Shown piece by piece: positions 8,880-17,240 of a DNA stretch of 64,000 nucleotides (positions are counted from its first letter, which is position 1; each line of letters begins with the position of its first letter). This DNA is from an uncultured Bacteroidota bacterium. GTDB lineage: Bacteria > Bacteroidota > Bacteroidia > Bacteroidales > GCA-2748055. The position numbers were made by a program, and so were the translations under genes. The stretch lies in contig CAKZNC010000152.1 in the NCBI GenBank assembly GCA_937129385.1, positions 7,260 to 71,259 of the forward strand, given 5' to 3'. Below the pieces are notes generated by a model, which was not told the DNA's origin, searched no databases, and worked only from the letters and a program-made list of their open reading frames with translations.

Positions 8880-8908
8880 GGTTAACAACAGGTTAATGGT
8901 AGGTTAAT
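8880..8908. promoter_or_regulatory. Three phased direct repeats GGTTAA(C/T), a candidate response-regulator binding site
   Basis: GGTTAAC at 8880, GGTTAAT at 8891 and GGTTAAT at 8902, exactly 11 bp apart. Located in the divergent promoter region next to an OmpR-family two-component operon. Confidence 0.4.
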
Positions 8909-8962
8909 GTGTGGTCAGCGGGGAAATACGGATGCCTATAGTTTATATCTTCGTTTCAGAGA

Positions 8963-10318
8963 ATGAAATTTCGTGCTTTCATATGGATCTCGGGGATTGC
9001 CCTTGTTATGCTCATACCGGTGCAATATTATTTTATTTCTGAGACTTTTCGTACCAAGCAGCAACAATTCGACAGTAGATACAGTGGTTTGACAAGACTC
9101 GGACTGTACGAATTTGAGAGCCGTTATATCGACACAAAAGAAGATTCAGTCTTTATGTCCCTGGACGACTATGCCTATTTCGCCATACACGACCTGGGAT
9201 TCAGTGTCTCCCCTGAAATGCAGGATTCTATCAGGAAAGAGATCATCCTGGAATTTGATCACAAGATGAATCTGACAACCAACAGGGAGGAATTTCTTAA
9301 AACATACCTTTCAGAGGAAGGGGAAAACGTGAGATTCAGCTCGCTGGTGGTTATCAGGGAGCTGTACCTGCTTTCTCCGGGAGGGCGTATCAGTATATTT
9401 TCAGACTCAACAGGAGAGGCTCCGGGTATATATACGGAAGGCTACATGCTAAACAGCTACCATGTGGAAAGAAATTACTTTTCGGTCAGTTATGATTATT
9501 TCATTCTCTTTCCGGAAAGGGCCGAAAGGATCAGGAATGAAATGAGGCTCACCATAAGCCTTTCATTTGCAACCCTTCTGATCGTATTCGGTGTATTCTT
9601 TCTGACCCTTAGAAACCTGTTGATACAAAAAAGACTGTCGGAACTGAAGACAGATTTCATCAATAACATGACGCATGAATTGAAGACTCCGCTTTCAACG
9701 ATCTCAGTGGCTTCTTCAAGCCTTGCAAAAAATGAAGGAGAACTTAAAAGGGAAAGGATCACGGAACTTTCAGGAATCATTATAAAGCAAAACAGGCATC
9801 TCTCGAAGCTGATCGACAGGATCCTTGATATCAGTATTTGGGAGAAGGACGAGGTGAAACTGGAAAAAACGCCCACCGGCATTCACGCTTTCCTAAGCGA
9901 TATCCTGGAGGATTTCCAGGCAACACACCCGGGAATCCGCATGAAGGTTAACCTGTCAAAGCTGGACACATCTTTCGAAATTCCAGTCGACAGAATTCAT
10001 ATGCATACTGTGATCAATAACCTCCTCTCCAATGCTTTCAAATATGGTGGCGATCCTCCAACGATCGAGGTGTCTGCCAGGACCGGAGACGCCCTCTACA
10101 TTGATGTTAGAGACAATGGCCGTGGGATTCATGATGCAGAGAAGGATCATCTGTTCGAGAAATTTTTCCGGGGCAGGGAGACCAGGCAGAAAGCCATCAG
10201 GGGATTGGGATTGGGATTGTATTATGTAAAAAAGATCGTTGAGGCTCATGAGGGCAGCATCAGTTTTGATAGTAACGGTGAACAGGGTACTATTTTCACC
10301 ATTGAAATACCTTTTTAA
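8963..10318 (+). CDS. Sensor histidine kinase
   Basis: 451 aa with two TM segments flanking a periplasmic region of about 170 aa. H-box MTHELKTPLSTI, N box NLLSNAFKYG, and G boxes DNGRGI and GLGLGLYYVKKIVEAHEG. Confidence 0.92.
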   Translation: MKFRAFIWISGIALVMLIPVQYYFISETFRTKQQQFDSRYSGLTRLGLYEFESRYIDTKEDSVFMSLDDYAYFAIHDLGFSVSPEMQDSIRKEIILEFDHKMNLTTNREEFLKTYLSEEGENVRFSSLVVIRELYLLSPGGRISIFSDSTGEAPGIYTEGYMLNSYHVERNYFSVSYDYFILFPERAERIRNEMRLTISLSFATLLIVFGVFFLTLRNLLIQKRLSELKTDFINNMTHELKTPLSTISVASSSLAKNEGELKRERITELSGIIIKQNRHLSKLIDRILDISIWEKDEVKLEKTPTGIHAFLSDILEDFQATHPGIRMKVNLSKLDTSFEIPVDRIHMHTVINNLLSNAFKYGGDPPTIEVSARTGDALYIDVRDNGRGIHDAEKDHLFEKFFRGRETRQKAIRGLGLGLYYVKKIVEAHEGSISFDSNGEQGTIFTIEIPF

Positions 10319-10319
10319 G

Positions 10320-11012
10320 ATGAACCTATTACTTGTTGAAGATGAGGTTGATTTCCGGCAGGTACTGGCAGAATACCTTGAGATTTCGGGATATGAAGTA
10401 CTAACTGCAAATCATGGGAAGCATGCACTTGAGGTTTTCAGCAGGGAACATGTGGATGTGGTCATTCTCGATATCATGATGCCGGTCATGGATGGATTTA
10501 CAACAGCAGAAAACCTCCGTAAAAAAGACCCGGAACTGCCGATTATCTTTTTAACGGCAAAAAATCAGAAAGAGGACAGGTTACGCGGATTGAAGCTCGG
10601 AGCCGACGATTACATCACCAAACCATTCGACGCGGAAGAGCTGGTCCTGCGAATACACAATATCCTGCGACGGACTGCAGGCAATGCAGAAGATAATCAG
10701 CATATCGGGAAACTGGAACTGAAGATGGACGAACTGAAACTGGTCTCTCCTGTCAATACCTACCAGCTCACCATCAGGGAGGCAGAACTAATCGCGTTCC
10801 TGATCACAAACAGGAATAGCGTCGTATCCCGGGAAAAAATATTAAATGACCTGTGGGAGCAGAACGACTATTTCACCGGAAGGTCAATGGATGTATTTAT
10901 CTCCAGGATCAGGAAATACCTTTCAGATGACCCCGCTCTCCATCTCGAAACAATAAGGGGTATCGGGTATATTCTCAGGGAGAAGAACCCATCATCAAAT
11001 GAGGCTTCTTAA
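10320..11012 (+). CDS. Response regulator transcription factor (OmpR/PhoB family)
   Basis: ATG at 10320, 1 nt after the kinase stop. REC domain (MNLLLVEDE, ILDIMMPVMDG, LTAK) and a winged-helix C-terminus (IRGIGYIL). The longer track ORF from 10239 overlaps the kinase gene. Confidence 0.93.
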   Translation: MNLLLVEDEVDFRQVLAEYLEISGYEVLTANHGKHALEVFSREHVDVVILDIMMPVMDGFTTAENLRKKDPELPIIFLTAKNQKEDRLRGLKLGADDYITKPFDAEELVLRIHNILRRTAGNAEDNQHIGKLELKMDELKLVSPVNTYQLTIREAELIAFLITNRNSVVSREKILNDLWEQNDYFTGRSMDVFISRIRKYLSDDPALHLETIRGIGYILREKNPSSNEAS

Positions 11013-11076
11013 ACATCCATAAAGGCCACTCCACGCGCTCTCATCGGTTCATTCAGACGAGCTTCAGTGAACCCAC

Positions 11077-11105
11077 AAAAAAAGCCGTCCTTGCGAACGG
11101 CTTTT
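11077..11105. terminator. Bidirectional rho-independent terminator (response regulator / secDF convergent pair)
   Basis: Stem AAAAGCCGT (11080-11088) / ACGGCTTTT (11097-11105) with an 8-nt loop. An A-run on one side and a T-run on the other give a U-tract on both strands. Confidence 0.8.
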
Positions 11106-11127
11106 CCTGTTACCCGTTAAGGTAAAC

Positions 11128-14100
11128 CTATGATTTTCTTACACCCTTCAGCACCCGCTTGGTCTCACCCTTTTTAATGGTATCATAGACCACCGGGGTA
11201 GCGATGAACAGTGATGAATAGGTACCCACAATCACACCGATGAGCAGTGCGAATGTAAACCCTCTGATCACGTCTCCTCCGAAGATGAAGATCGTAAGCA
11301 GCACGACAAAGGTACTCAATGATGTACTGAACGTACGGCTGAGCGTGCTGTTCAGGGCAGAGTTGAATATATCTTTCCGCTCACGTTTCCGCTGGAGCCC
11401 TACAAATTCACGGATCCGGTCAAATACCACCACGGTATCGTTGATCGAGTAACCGACCACCGTAAGGATTGCTGCAATAAAGGCCTGGTCGATCTCCAGT
11501 GAGAAGGGCATCAATCCCGAAAGGAGCGAGAAGATCCCCATCACAATGATCACGTCATGTACCAGCGCAGCGAGTGCTCCAAGTCCAAACTGCCAGTTGC
11601 GGAACCGGATCAGGATATAGAGGAAGATAATGAGCAGCGAGATGAATACCACCACTATTGAACTTCGCTGGATATCATCCGCTATTGTTGGTCCCACTTT
11701 GTGGTAACTGATAATATATTCCTGGTCGTTAATGAAATTCTCCATGGAAACTTCGTCTCCGATGATTGATTCCAATCCCCCGTACATGGTTGCCTTGATG
11801 ATCGAGTCAGCCTCTGGCCTGTCATCATCAATCATATATTTCGTTGTCACACGAACTGTATTCTTTTGTCCGTATGTAATTACGGTGGGCATCTCCCCGA
11901 AGGATTCAGCCAGCATCTCACGGATCTGCGGAACTTCCACCTCTTCCTTGAACTCAATGATGTAGTTACGTCCACCAGTGAAATCAACGCCACCGTTCAG
12001 TCCCTTCAGTGAAAGGGAAGCAATGCCGGCAACAACCATAATTCCTGAAATTACATAAAACACTTTACGTTTACCCAGAAAGTTGATATTGAGGTTCTTG
12101 AATGCATTCTCTGTAAGTTTTGTCGCAAAAGTAAGCTTACGTCCTTTATCGAGCCATCTCTCGTAGATCAGCCTTGTAAGAATTACTGCAGAGAATAATG
12201 ATGTAAGGATACCAATTACAAGTGTGGTTGCAAATCCCTTGATCGGTCCTGTACCGAAGAAGAACAGGATCAGGCCTGTGAGGAATGTGGTTACGTTGGC
12301 GTCAATGATGGCCGAATAGGCATTCCGGTAGCCATCCTTCAGCGCCGCCTTCTTGCCTTTTCCCGCGGCAAGCTCCTCTCGTATCCTCTCATATATCAGC
12401 ACGTTGGCATCCACCGACATACCGATCGTAAGCACAATACCGGCGATACCCGGTAGCGTCAGTGCCGCTTGCAATGATGCAAGCACACCGATCAGGAAGA
12501 ACATGTTGGCCATCAGGGCGATATCGGCAACCAGACCGGCCCTTCGGCTGTAATAGAATACCATGTACAACAGCACAACGATAAATGCGATGATGAATGA
12601 GTTGAACCCATCCTTCACCGATTTTGCACCCAGTGAGGGACCAATCACTTCACTGGACTCGATCCGCGCCCGTGCCGGCATCTTACCAGACTTCAGAATA
12701 TTGGCAAGGTCGGAGGCTTCGTTCTGGGTGAATCCCCCAGATATGGAAGAACTCCCTCCCTTGATCTCTTCGTTCACATTCGGTGCTGAATACACCACCC
12801 CGTCCAAAACAATGGCGATGGCCTTTTGCACATTCTCGCGGGTCAGGTTGGCCCAGCGTTTTGCTCCTTCAGCGTTCATGTTCATGGACACTTCGAATGC
12901 TCCAGAGTATGGATCGGTGTTCACGCGTGCGTCTGTTACATATTTTCCATCCATCGCAGGCTGTCCGTTCCTGGTTGCTTTCAGGGCATAGAGGTACAGG
13001 AATTCGGTGGTCTCACCCATGGGCTGGAAATGCCATGAAAATCTGAGGTCTGCCGGAAAAAGCTGCTTTACCTGCGGAAGCCTGAGGTATGCATTGACCT
13101 TCGCAGTATCCTTCAGCTGAACAACACCAGCAACGGCACTCGGGATCAGACTTCCCTCATTGTTGGTATAGGGTGTTAACACTGCAAAAAGCGGATTTTC
13201 GCGGAAGAACTCATCCTCCTGCTGCTGGAACAGATCGGTTGTATCGCTCTCACCGAGGATACCAAGGTCTGAGGTATCAGAAAAAAGACTTTCTCCATCA
13301 AGCAGCATATCATCAGCTGCTGCGGGCATTTCTGCTTCGGCAGTGTCTGCGATCGCTTCGGCCTCCTCTTCACTCAAAATATCATTGGCGGCAGAGATGT
13401 CTGCGATGGTCTGGTTGGCCTCCTGGAGGGTGTTCCAGATATTCACATTCTGGTAGGTGGTCCAGAATTCCAGGTTGGCCGTACCGGTAAGTAGCTTGGT
13501 AACACGCTCCGGCTCCTTTACACCCGGAAGAGCTACAAGTATGCGTCCCTGTCTTTCCAGTCGCTGGATGTTCATCTGCACAACACCAAACCTGTCAATC
13601 CTGTTTCTAAGGACATTGTAGGAGTTGTCGATCGCTGCTTCAGCCTCATCCTTCAGGAAAGAAATGACCTGGTCATTTGAGGTGTTAAAATCGATCTCTC
13701 CCCTGGATTCGGGTGTCATGAAGAACTGGGCCAGCTGTCCGCCGGGATTCTGCTCTTCAAACGATTCTGCAAACAGATCGATCAGGTCTGAGGTAGAACT
13801 TGCTTTTTTCTCCTTGGCTGCACTCATCGCCTGGGTGAATGTAGGATCACTCAGGTATTGCGGGGCAGCAAGTGTACGGATAATATCTTCAACGGCAATC
13901 TCGAGGATTACGTTCATTCCACCTTTCAGGTCAAGACCGAGATTGATCTCCCGCTCTTTACAATCCTGGTAGGTATACTTCTTCAGCCAGACAAAATTAT
14001 ACACCACCTCGTTTTTCATTGAATCAAGGTATGTCCGCTCTTTCTGGACATCCCCGTTTGCGTATTCTTTTGCATTACGCTCAACATTGGTGGCAAAAAA

Positions 14101-14175
14101 TGTAAATGACAACTGATAAAGACAAATTGCGGCAAAAACAATGGCCAACAATCTGACAGCACCTTTATTCTGCAT
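11128..14175 (-). CDS. secDF: Protein translocase subunit SecDF (fused)
   Basis: 1015 aa with a large periplasmic domain and two 6-TM blocks. Conserved SecD/SecF segments (LDLKGGMNVILE, GIAGIVLTIGMSVDANVLIYERIREE, GYSINDTVVVFDRIRE). Confidence 0.97.
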   Translation of the reverse strand: MQNKGAVRLLAIVFAAICLYQLSFTFFATNVERNAKEYANGDVQKERTYLDSMKNEVVYNFVWLKKYTYQDCKEREINLGLDLKGGMNVILEIAVEDIIRTLAAPQYLSDPTFTQAMSAAKEKKASSTSDLIDLFAESFEEQNPGGQLAQFFMTPESRGEIDFNTSNDQVISFLKDEAEAAIDNSYNVLRNRIDRFGVVQMNIQRLERQGRILVALPGVKEPERVTKLLTGTANLEFWTTYQNVNIWNTLQEANQTIADISAANDILSEEEAEAIADTAEAEMPAAADDMLLDGESLFSDTSDLGILGESDTTDLFQQQEDEFFRENPLFAVLTPYTNNEGSLIPSAVAGVVQLKDTAKVNAYLRLPQVKQLFPADLRFSWHFQPMGETTEFLYLYALKATRNGQPAMDGKYVTDARVNTDPYSGAFEVSMNMNAEGAKRWANLTRENVQKAIAIVLDGVVYSAPNVNEEIKGGSSSISGGFTQNEASDLANILKSGKMPARARIESSEVIGPSLGAKSVKDGFNSFIIAFIVVLLYMVFYYSRRAGLVADIALMANMFFLIGVLASLQAALTLPGIAGIVLTIGMSVDANVLIYERIREELAAGKGKKAALKDGYRNAYSAIIDANVTTFLTGLILFFFGTGPIKGFATTLVIGILTSLFSAVILTRLIYERWLDKGRKLTFATKLTENAFKNLNINFLGKRKVFYVISGIMVVAGIASLSLKGLNGGVDFTGGRNYIIEFKEEVEVPQIREMLAESFGEMPTVITYGQKNTVRVTTKYMIDDDRPEADSIIKATMYGGLESIIGDEVSMENFINDQEYIISYHKVGPTIADDIQRSSIVVVFISLLIIFLYILIRFRNWQFGLGALAALVHDVIIVMGIFSLLSGLMPFSLEIDQAFIAAILTVVGYSINDTVVVFDRIREFVGLQRKRERKDIFNSALNSTLSRTFSTSLSTFVVLLTIFIFGGDVIRGFTFALLIGVIVGTYSSLFIATPVVYDTIKKGETKRVLKGVRKS

Positions 14176-14226
14176 TTTTAACTAGTTTATTAATAATGAG
14201 TTAATAAGTCCTTCCATTTGGACCCG

Positions 14227-14234
14227 CAAATATA
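14227..14234 (-). promoter_or_regulatory. Candidate -7 box for secDF
   Basis: The reverse complement of CAAATATA is TATATTTG, 52 nt upstream of ATG 14175. Confidence 0.5.
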
Positions 14235-14276
14235 ATACTATTTTTTTGAAAGTAGCGGAAAGATGTAAGCAAATAC

Positions 14277-14321
14277 GCCGGGTGCAGGGGGAAGCTGAAA
14301 AAGCCATCCCCTGCACCCGGC
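14277..14321 (-). terminator. Hairpin terminator after mdh
   Basis: Perfect 14-bp stem GCCGGGTGCAGGGG (14277-14290) / CCCCTGCACCCGGC (14308-14321) with a 17-nt loop, 29 nt downstream of the mdh stop. The U-tract is weak. Confidence 0.6.
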
Positions 14322-14349
14322 GCATCTAAGTGTTTTACCGGAGTATCGC

Positions 14350-15288
14350 TCAGAAGAGCTTCATGTCATCAAGTACCTTCATCACATCCTTCACTGATTC
14401 AGCAGAGGTCTTGAGCAGTTTTTTCTCCTCCTCATTGAGGCTGATCTCAATGATCTCTTCGACTCCTTCCTTCCCTAGTTTGACGGGAACGCCAAGATAG
14501 AGATTTTTCAGGCCATACTCTCCCTTTAGCATGGCACAGACCGGGAAGATTCGTTTCTGGTCATCCACGATCGCCTCCACCATCTGTGCAACAGCTGCAC
14601 CCGGGGCATACCAGGCAGAAGTCCCCATGAGCCTGACCAACTCACCGCCTCCCTTTCGGGTACGGTCCACGATCTTCTCGATCACCTCCGGACCGAGCAA
14701 TTCCGTTACCGGGATTCCATTGATCGAAGTGTATCGCGGCAGCGGAACCATCGTGTCTCCATGTCCACCCATCAACATTGCATGAATATCCTCGGGAGAT
14801 ACATCCAGTGCATCGGCAAGAAATGCCTTGTAACGACCCGTATCAAGGATACCCGCCATTCCAAACACCTTGTTGGGCGCCTTGTTTGCTGCCTGGTATG
14901 CAGCATAGGTCATCACATCCAATGGATTGGATACAACAATAATAATTGCGTCAGGCGAATACTTGACAACCTGCTCAGTTACCTCTTTTACGATCCCTGC
15001 ATTTGTTTTGATCAGGTCGTCACGCGACATGCCCGGCTTCCTTGGTAACCCGGAGGTGATCACAACGACTCCTGAACCCTTTGTTTTCAGGTAGTCATTT
15101 GTGACTCCCGTAACCCGTGTGTTGAAGTGAAGAATGGAAGATGTCTGCCATATATCCAGGGCTTTCCCCTCGGCAAGACCTTCCTTGATATCAAGTAAGA
15201 CAACTTCTCTTGCCAGATCTTTCTGTGCAATTACATTGGCAGTTGTCGCGCCAACATTACCAGCTCCAATAACAGTGATTTTGTTCAT
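14350..15288 (-). CDS. mdh: Malate dehydrogenase (LDH-like MDH)
   Basis: 312 aa with MNKITVIGAGNVGATTA, ITSGLPRKPGMSRDDL and GGHGDTMVP. Confidence 0.97.
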   Translation of the reverse strand: MNKITVIGAGNVGATTANVIAQKDLAREVVLLDIKEGLAEGKALDIWQTSSILHFNTRVTGVTNDYLKTKGSGVVVITSGLPRKPGMSRDDLIKTNAGIVKEVTEQVVKYSPDAIIIVVSNPLDVMTYAAYQAANKAPNKVFGMAGILDTGRYKAFLADALDVSPEDIHAMLMGGHGDTMVPLPRYTSINGIPVTELLGPEVIEKIVDRTRKGGGELVRLMGTSAWYAPGAAVAQMVEAIVDDQKRIFPVCAMLKGEYGLKNLYLGVPVKLGKEGVEEIIEISLNEEEKKLLKTSAESVKDVMKVLDDMKLF

Positions 15289-15333
15289 CTATTGTGAATT
15301 TTAGGATTCGTCAATTCGTGTGTACCTTGAAAA

Positions 15334-15350
15334 CAAATATAACAAATTTA
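15334..15350 (-). promoter_or_regulatory. Two adjacent candidate -7 boxes for mdh
   Basis: On the minus strand the sequence reads TAAATTTGTTATATTTG, containing two perfect TAnnTTTG matches, 46-62 nt upstream of ATG 15288. Confidence 0.5.
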
Positions 15351-15577
15351 AGTATCTGCATATATAAATGTCTGAAGAGTTGAGATCATTGATGTCTCTT
15401 CTCCTGATCCATCCGGAATCTGCAAAACGGACGCAATACCTCGCTAACCGGTGTGCGTATCCATAGTAACAAGTCTCTGCTTCATATGTTTAAAAACCCG
15501 TTTTTGCTGCTCATTTATAGGCAAATATCCTTGACATCCCTGTCAATTTATCATAAATTGTGGCAAACGCGCATCCC

Positions 15578-16279
15578 ATGAAGATCGACCTTTCAAAATA
15601 CAAGGATGAGTGGTATAAGGAGGGCGCCGCCAAAGAGATCTATCCGGGTCCTGTAATCACCATATCCAGAGAGTTGGGATGCCCGGCTAAAAAAATTGCT
15701 TGTGAGCTCACCGACCAGCTGAATCTTCTCAAGAATAAAAAAGGGAAGGAACATTCCTGGAGATGGATCAGCAAAGAGATCCTCAGCGAATCAGCCAGGG
15801 CCATGAACGTAGATTGTGATCAGATCGAACATGTTTTCCAGTACAAGAACAGGAATGTACTTGAAGACCTGCTGTTGGCACAATCAAAAGATTACTACCA
15901 GTCGGACCTGAAAATACGGACCACCATCGCCAAGGTGATCAGGAGTTTCGCCAACAAGGGGAACGCCGTCATCGTCGGCCGTGGCGGTGTGGCTATTACC
16001 CGCGACATTCCCAGGTCATTACACGTGATGCTGGAAGCTCCTTTAGAATGGCGAGCTGTACGTACAGCCTCCAAGCACAACATGACACTTGAACAGGCAC
16101 GGAGTTATGCGCTGTCTATTGATAAGAAAAGAAAACAATTCAGGGATCACTTCCAGGGAAAAGGAAATGACTATACCCGTTTTGATATCAGGTTGAACTG
16201 CATGACGCTTGAATCAGCTGTAATCGTAAAGATCATCCTTGGAGCCATGAAGGCCCGGGATTTCATCCATGTGCCGTGA
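15578..16279 (+). CDS. Cytidylate kinase-like family protein
   Basis: Segments VITISRELGCPAKKIA and GNAVIVGRGG are typical of the AAA_28/cytidylate-kinase-like family. The ATG at 15578 is preferred over the GTG at 15560. Confidence 0.72.
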   Translation: MKIDLSKYKDEWYKEGAAKEIYPGPVITISRELGCPAKKIACELTDQLNLLKNKKGKEHSWRWISKEILSESARAMNVDCDQIEHVFQYKNRNVLEDLLLAQSKDYYQSDLKIRTTIAKVIRSFANKGNAVIVGRGGVAITRDIPRSLHVMLEAPLEWRAVRTASKHNMTLEQARSYALSIDKKRKQFRDHFQGKGNDYTRFDIRLNCMTLESAVIVKIILGAMKARDFIHVP

Positions 16280-16319
16280 TATTGAAGCATTTTTCTTATT
16301 TTTAGGCAAAATCGAGCAC

Positions 16320-17207
16320 ATGAGAACTGCGTTTATTCCCTGCTTGCTGGCGATCTTTATGCTTAATGGTTGCAAACAACCCGCCGAATCCCCCGGAGAT
16401 CAATTTGAGTATGAAGAGTTAAACACCTCCGAAAAAGAGATTGCAGAGGTGCTGTATTCAATGTACCTTCCTACCGATATGGTCGATATCTTTGAGCGTT
16501 CCGGAACCAATTTTGATCCGGATGTTCCTGCTCCTCTTGATGACATTACCCTTTACCAGGACCCGGAACAACTGGCTGTAATGCTTGGTATTTACGGTGT
16601 TGATATTGCCTATATGAAACTGCTGGGGCAGACACAGGCAGCTGCAGTCTATTACGGGGCGATTGAAACATTGTCTGGCCGACTGGGGATTCCCGAAGAG
16701 ATCTTCCTGGAATCCTCCTCACGCCTTGAGGAATATTTCAACCACCAGGATTCACTGGTCTCCGTCATAGAGAACATCTATCGTGAAACAGATCAATTTT
16801 TCCGGGAAAATGGCCGTGAGAACCTTGCCGCACTTTCACTTGTAGGAGGATGGCTGGAAGCAATGTACATCGGGGTAAATATCTTTGAAGCCGACTCTGG
16901 CAACCAGGTCATGGCAGAACGCATCCTGCAGCAAAAATTCTCATTGAACAGCATTTATGTGATCCTCAGCAACCACCAGGAATCGCTCAGTGTCAAAAAA
17001 ACATTGCTGATGCTGAGGAAACTGCGGAAAACCTTTGAAGATGTGGAAATCAAATTCCAAAAAGAGGGATTCAGTGTCGACACGACGCAGAAAAAAATAC
17101 AGACCTACAACGCACAAATTCGTTACGATAGGCAAACCATGCAGGACCTTGTCAGTACCATCCCGCAGGTACGCCAGGAATTGATTCGTGTGAATGTAAA
17201 CGAATAG
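16320..17207 (+). CDS. Hypothetical lipoprotein
   Basis: ATG at 16320 gives the lipoprotein signal MRTAFIPCLLAIFMLNGC. Mostly helical, with no family recognised. Confidence 0.6.
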   Translation: MRTAFIPCLLAIFMLNGCKQPAESPGDQFEYEELNTSEKEIAEVLYSMYLPTDMVDIFERSGTNFDPDVPAPLDDITLYQDPEQLAVMLGIYGVDIAYMKLLGQTQAAAVYYGAIETLSGRLGIPEEIFLESSSRLEEYFNHQDSLVSVIENIYRETDQFFRENGRENLAALSLVGGWLEAMYIGVNIFEADSGNQVMAERILQQKFSLNSIYVILSNHQESLSVKKTLLMLRKLRKTFEDVEIKFQKEGFSVDTTQKKIQTYNAQIRYDRQTMQDLVSTIPQVRQELIRVNVNE

Positions 17208-17240
17208 CATTTCCCCTCCACTTAAAACAAGCAATTTAAA

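Noticed and set aside
10239-10319. Upstream extension of the response-regulator ORF overlapping the kinase gene
   Set aside because: The canonical REC N-terminus MNLLLVEDE starts at ATG 10320, 1 nt after the kinase stop.
15368-15466. 32-codon plus-strand ORF (MSEELRSLMSLLLIHPESAKRTQYLANRCAYP) in the mdh / kinase-like divergent region
   Set aside because: No recognisable family and no supporting promoter or RBS context. It cannot be supported from sequence alone.
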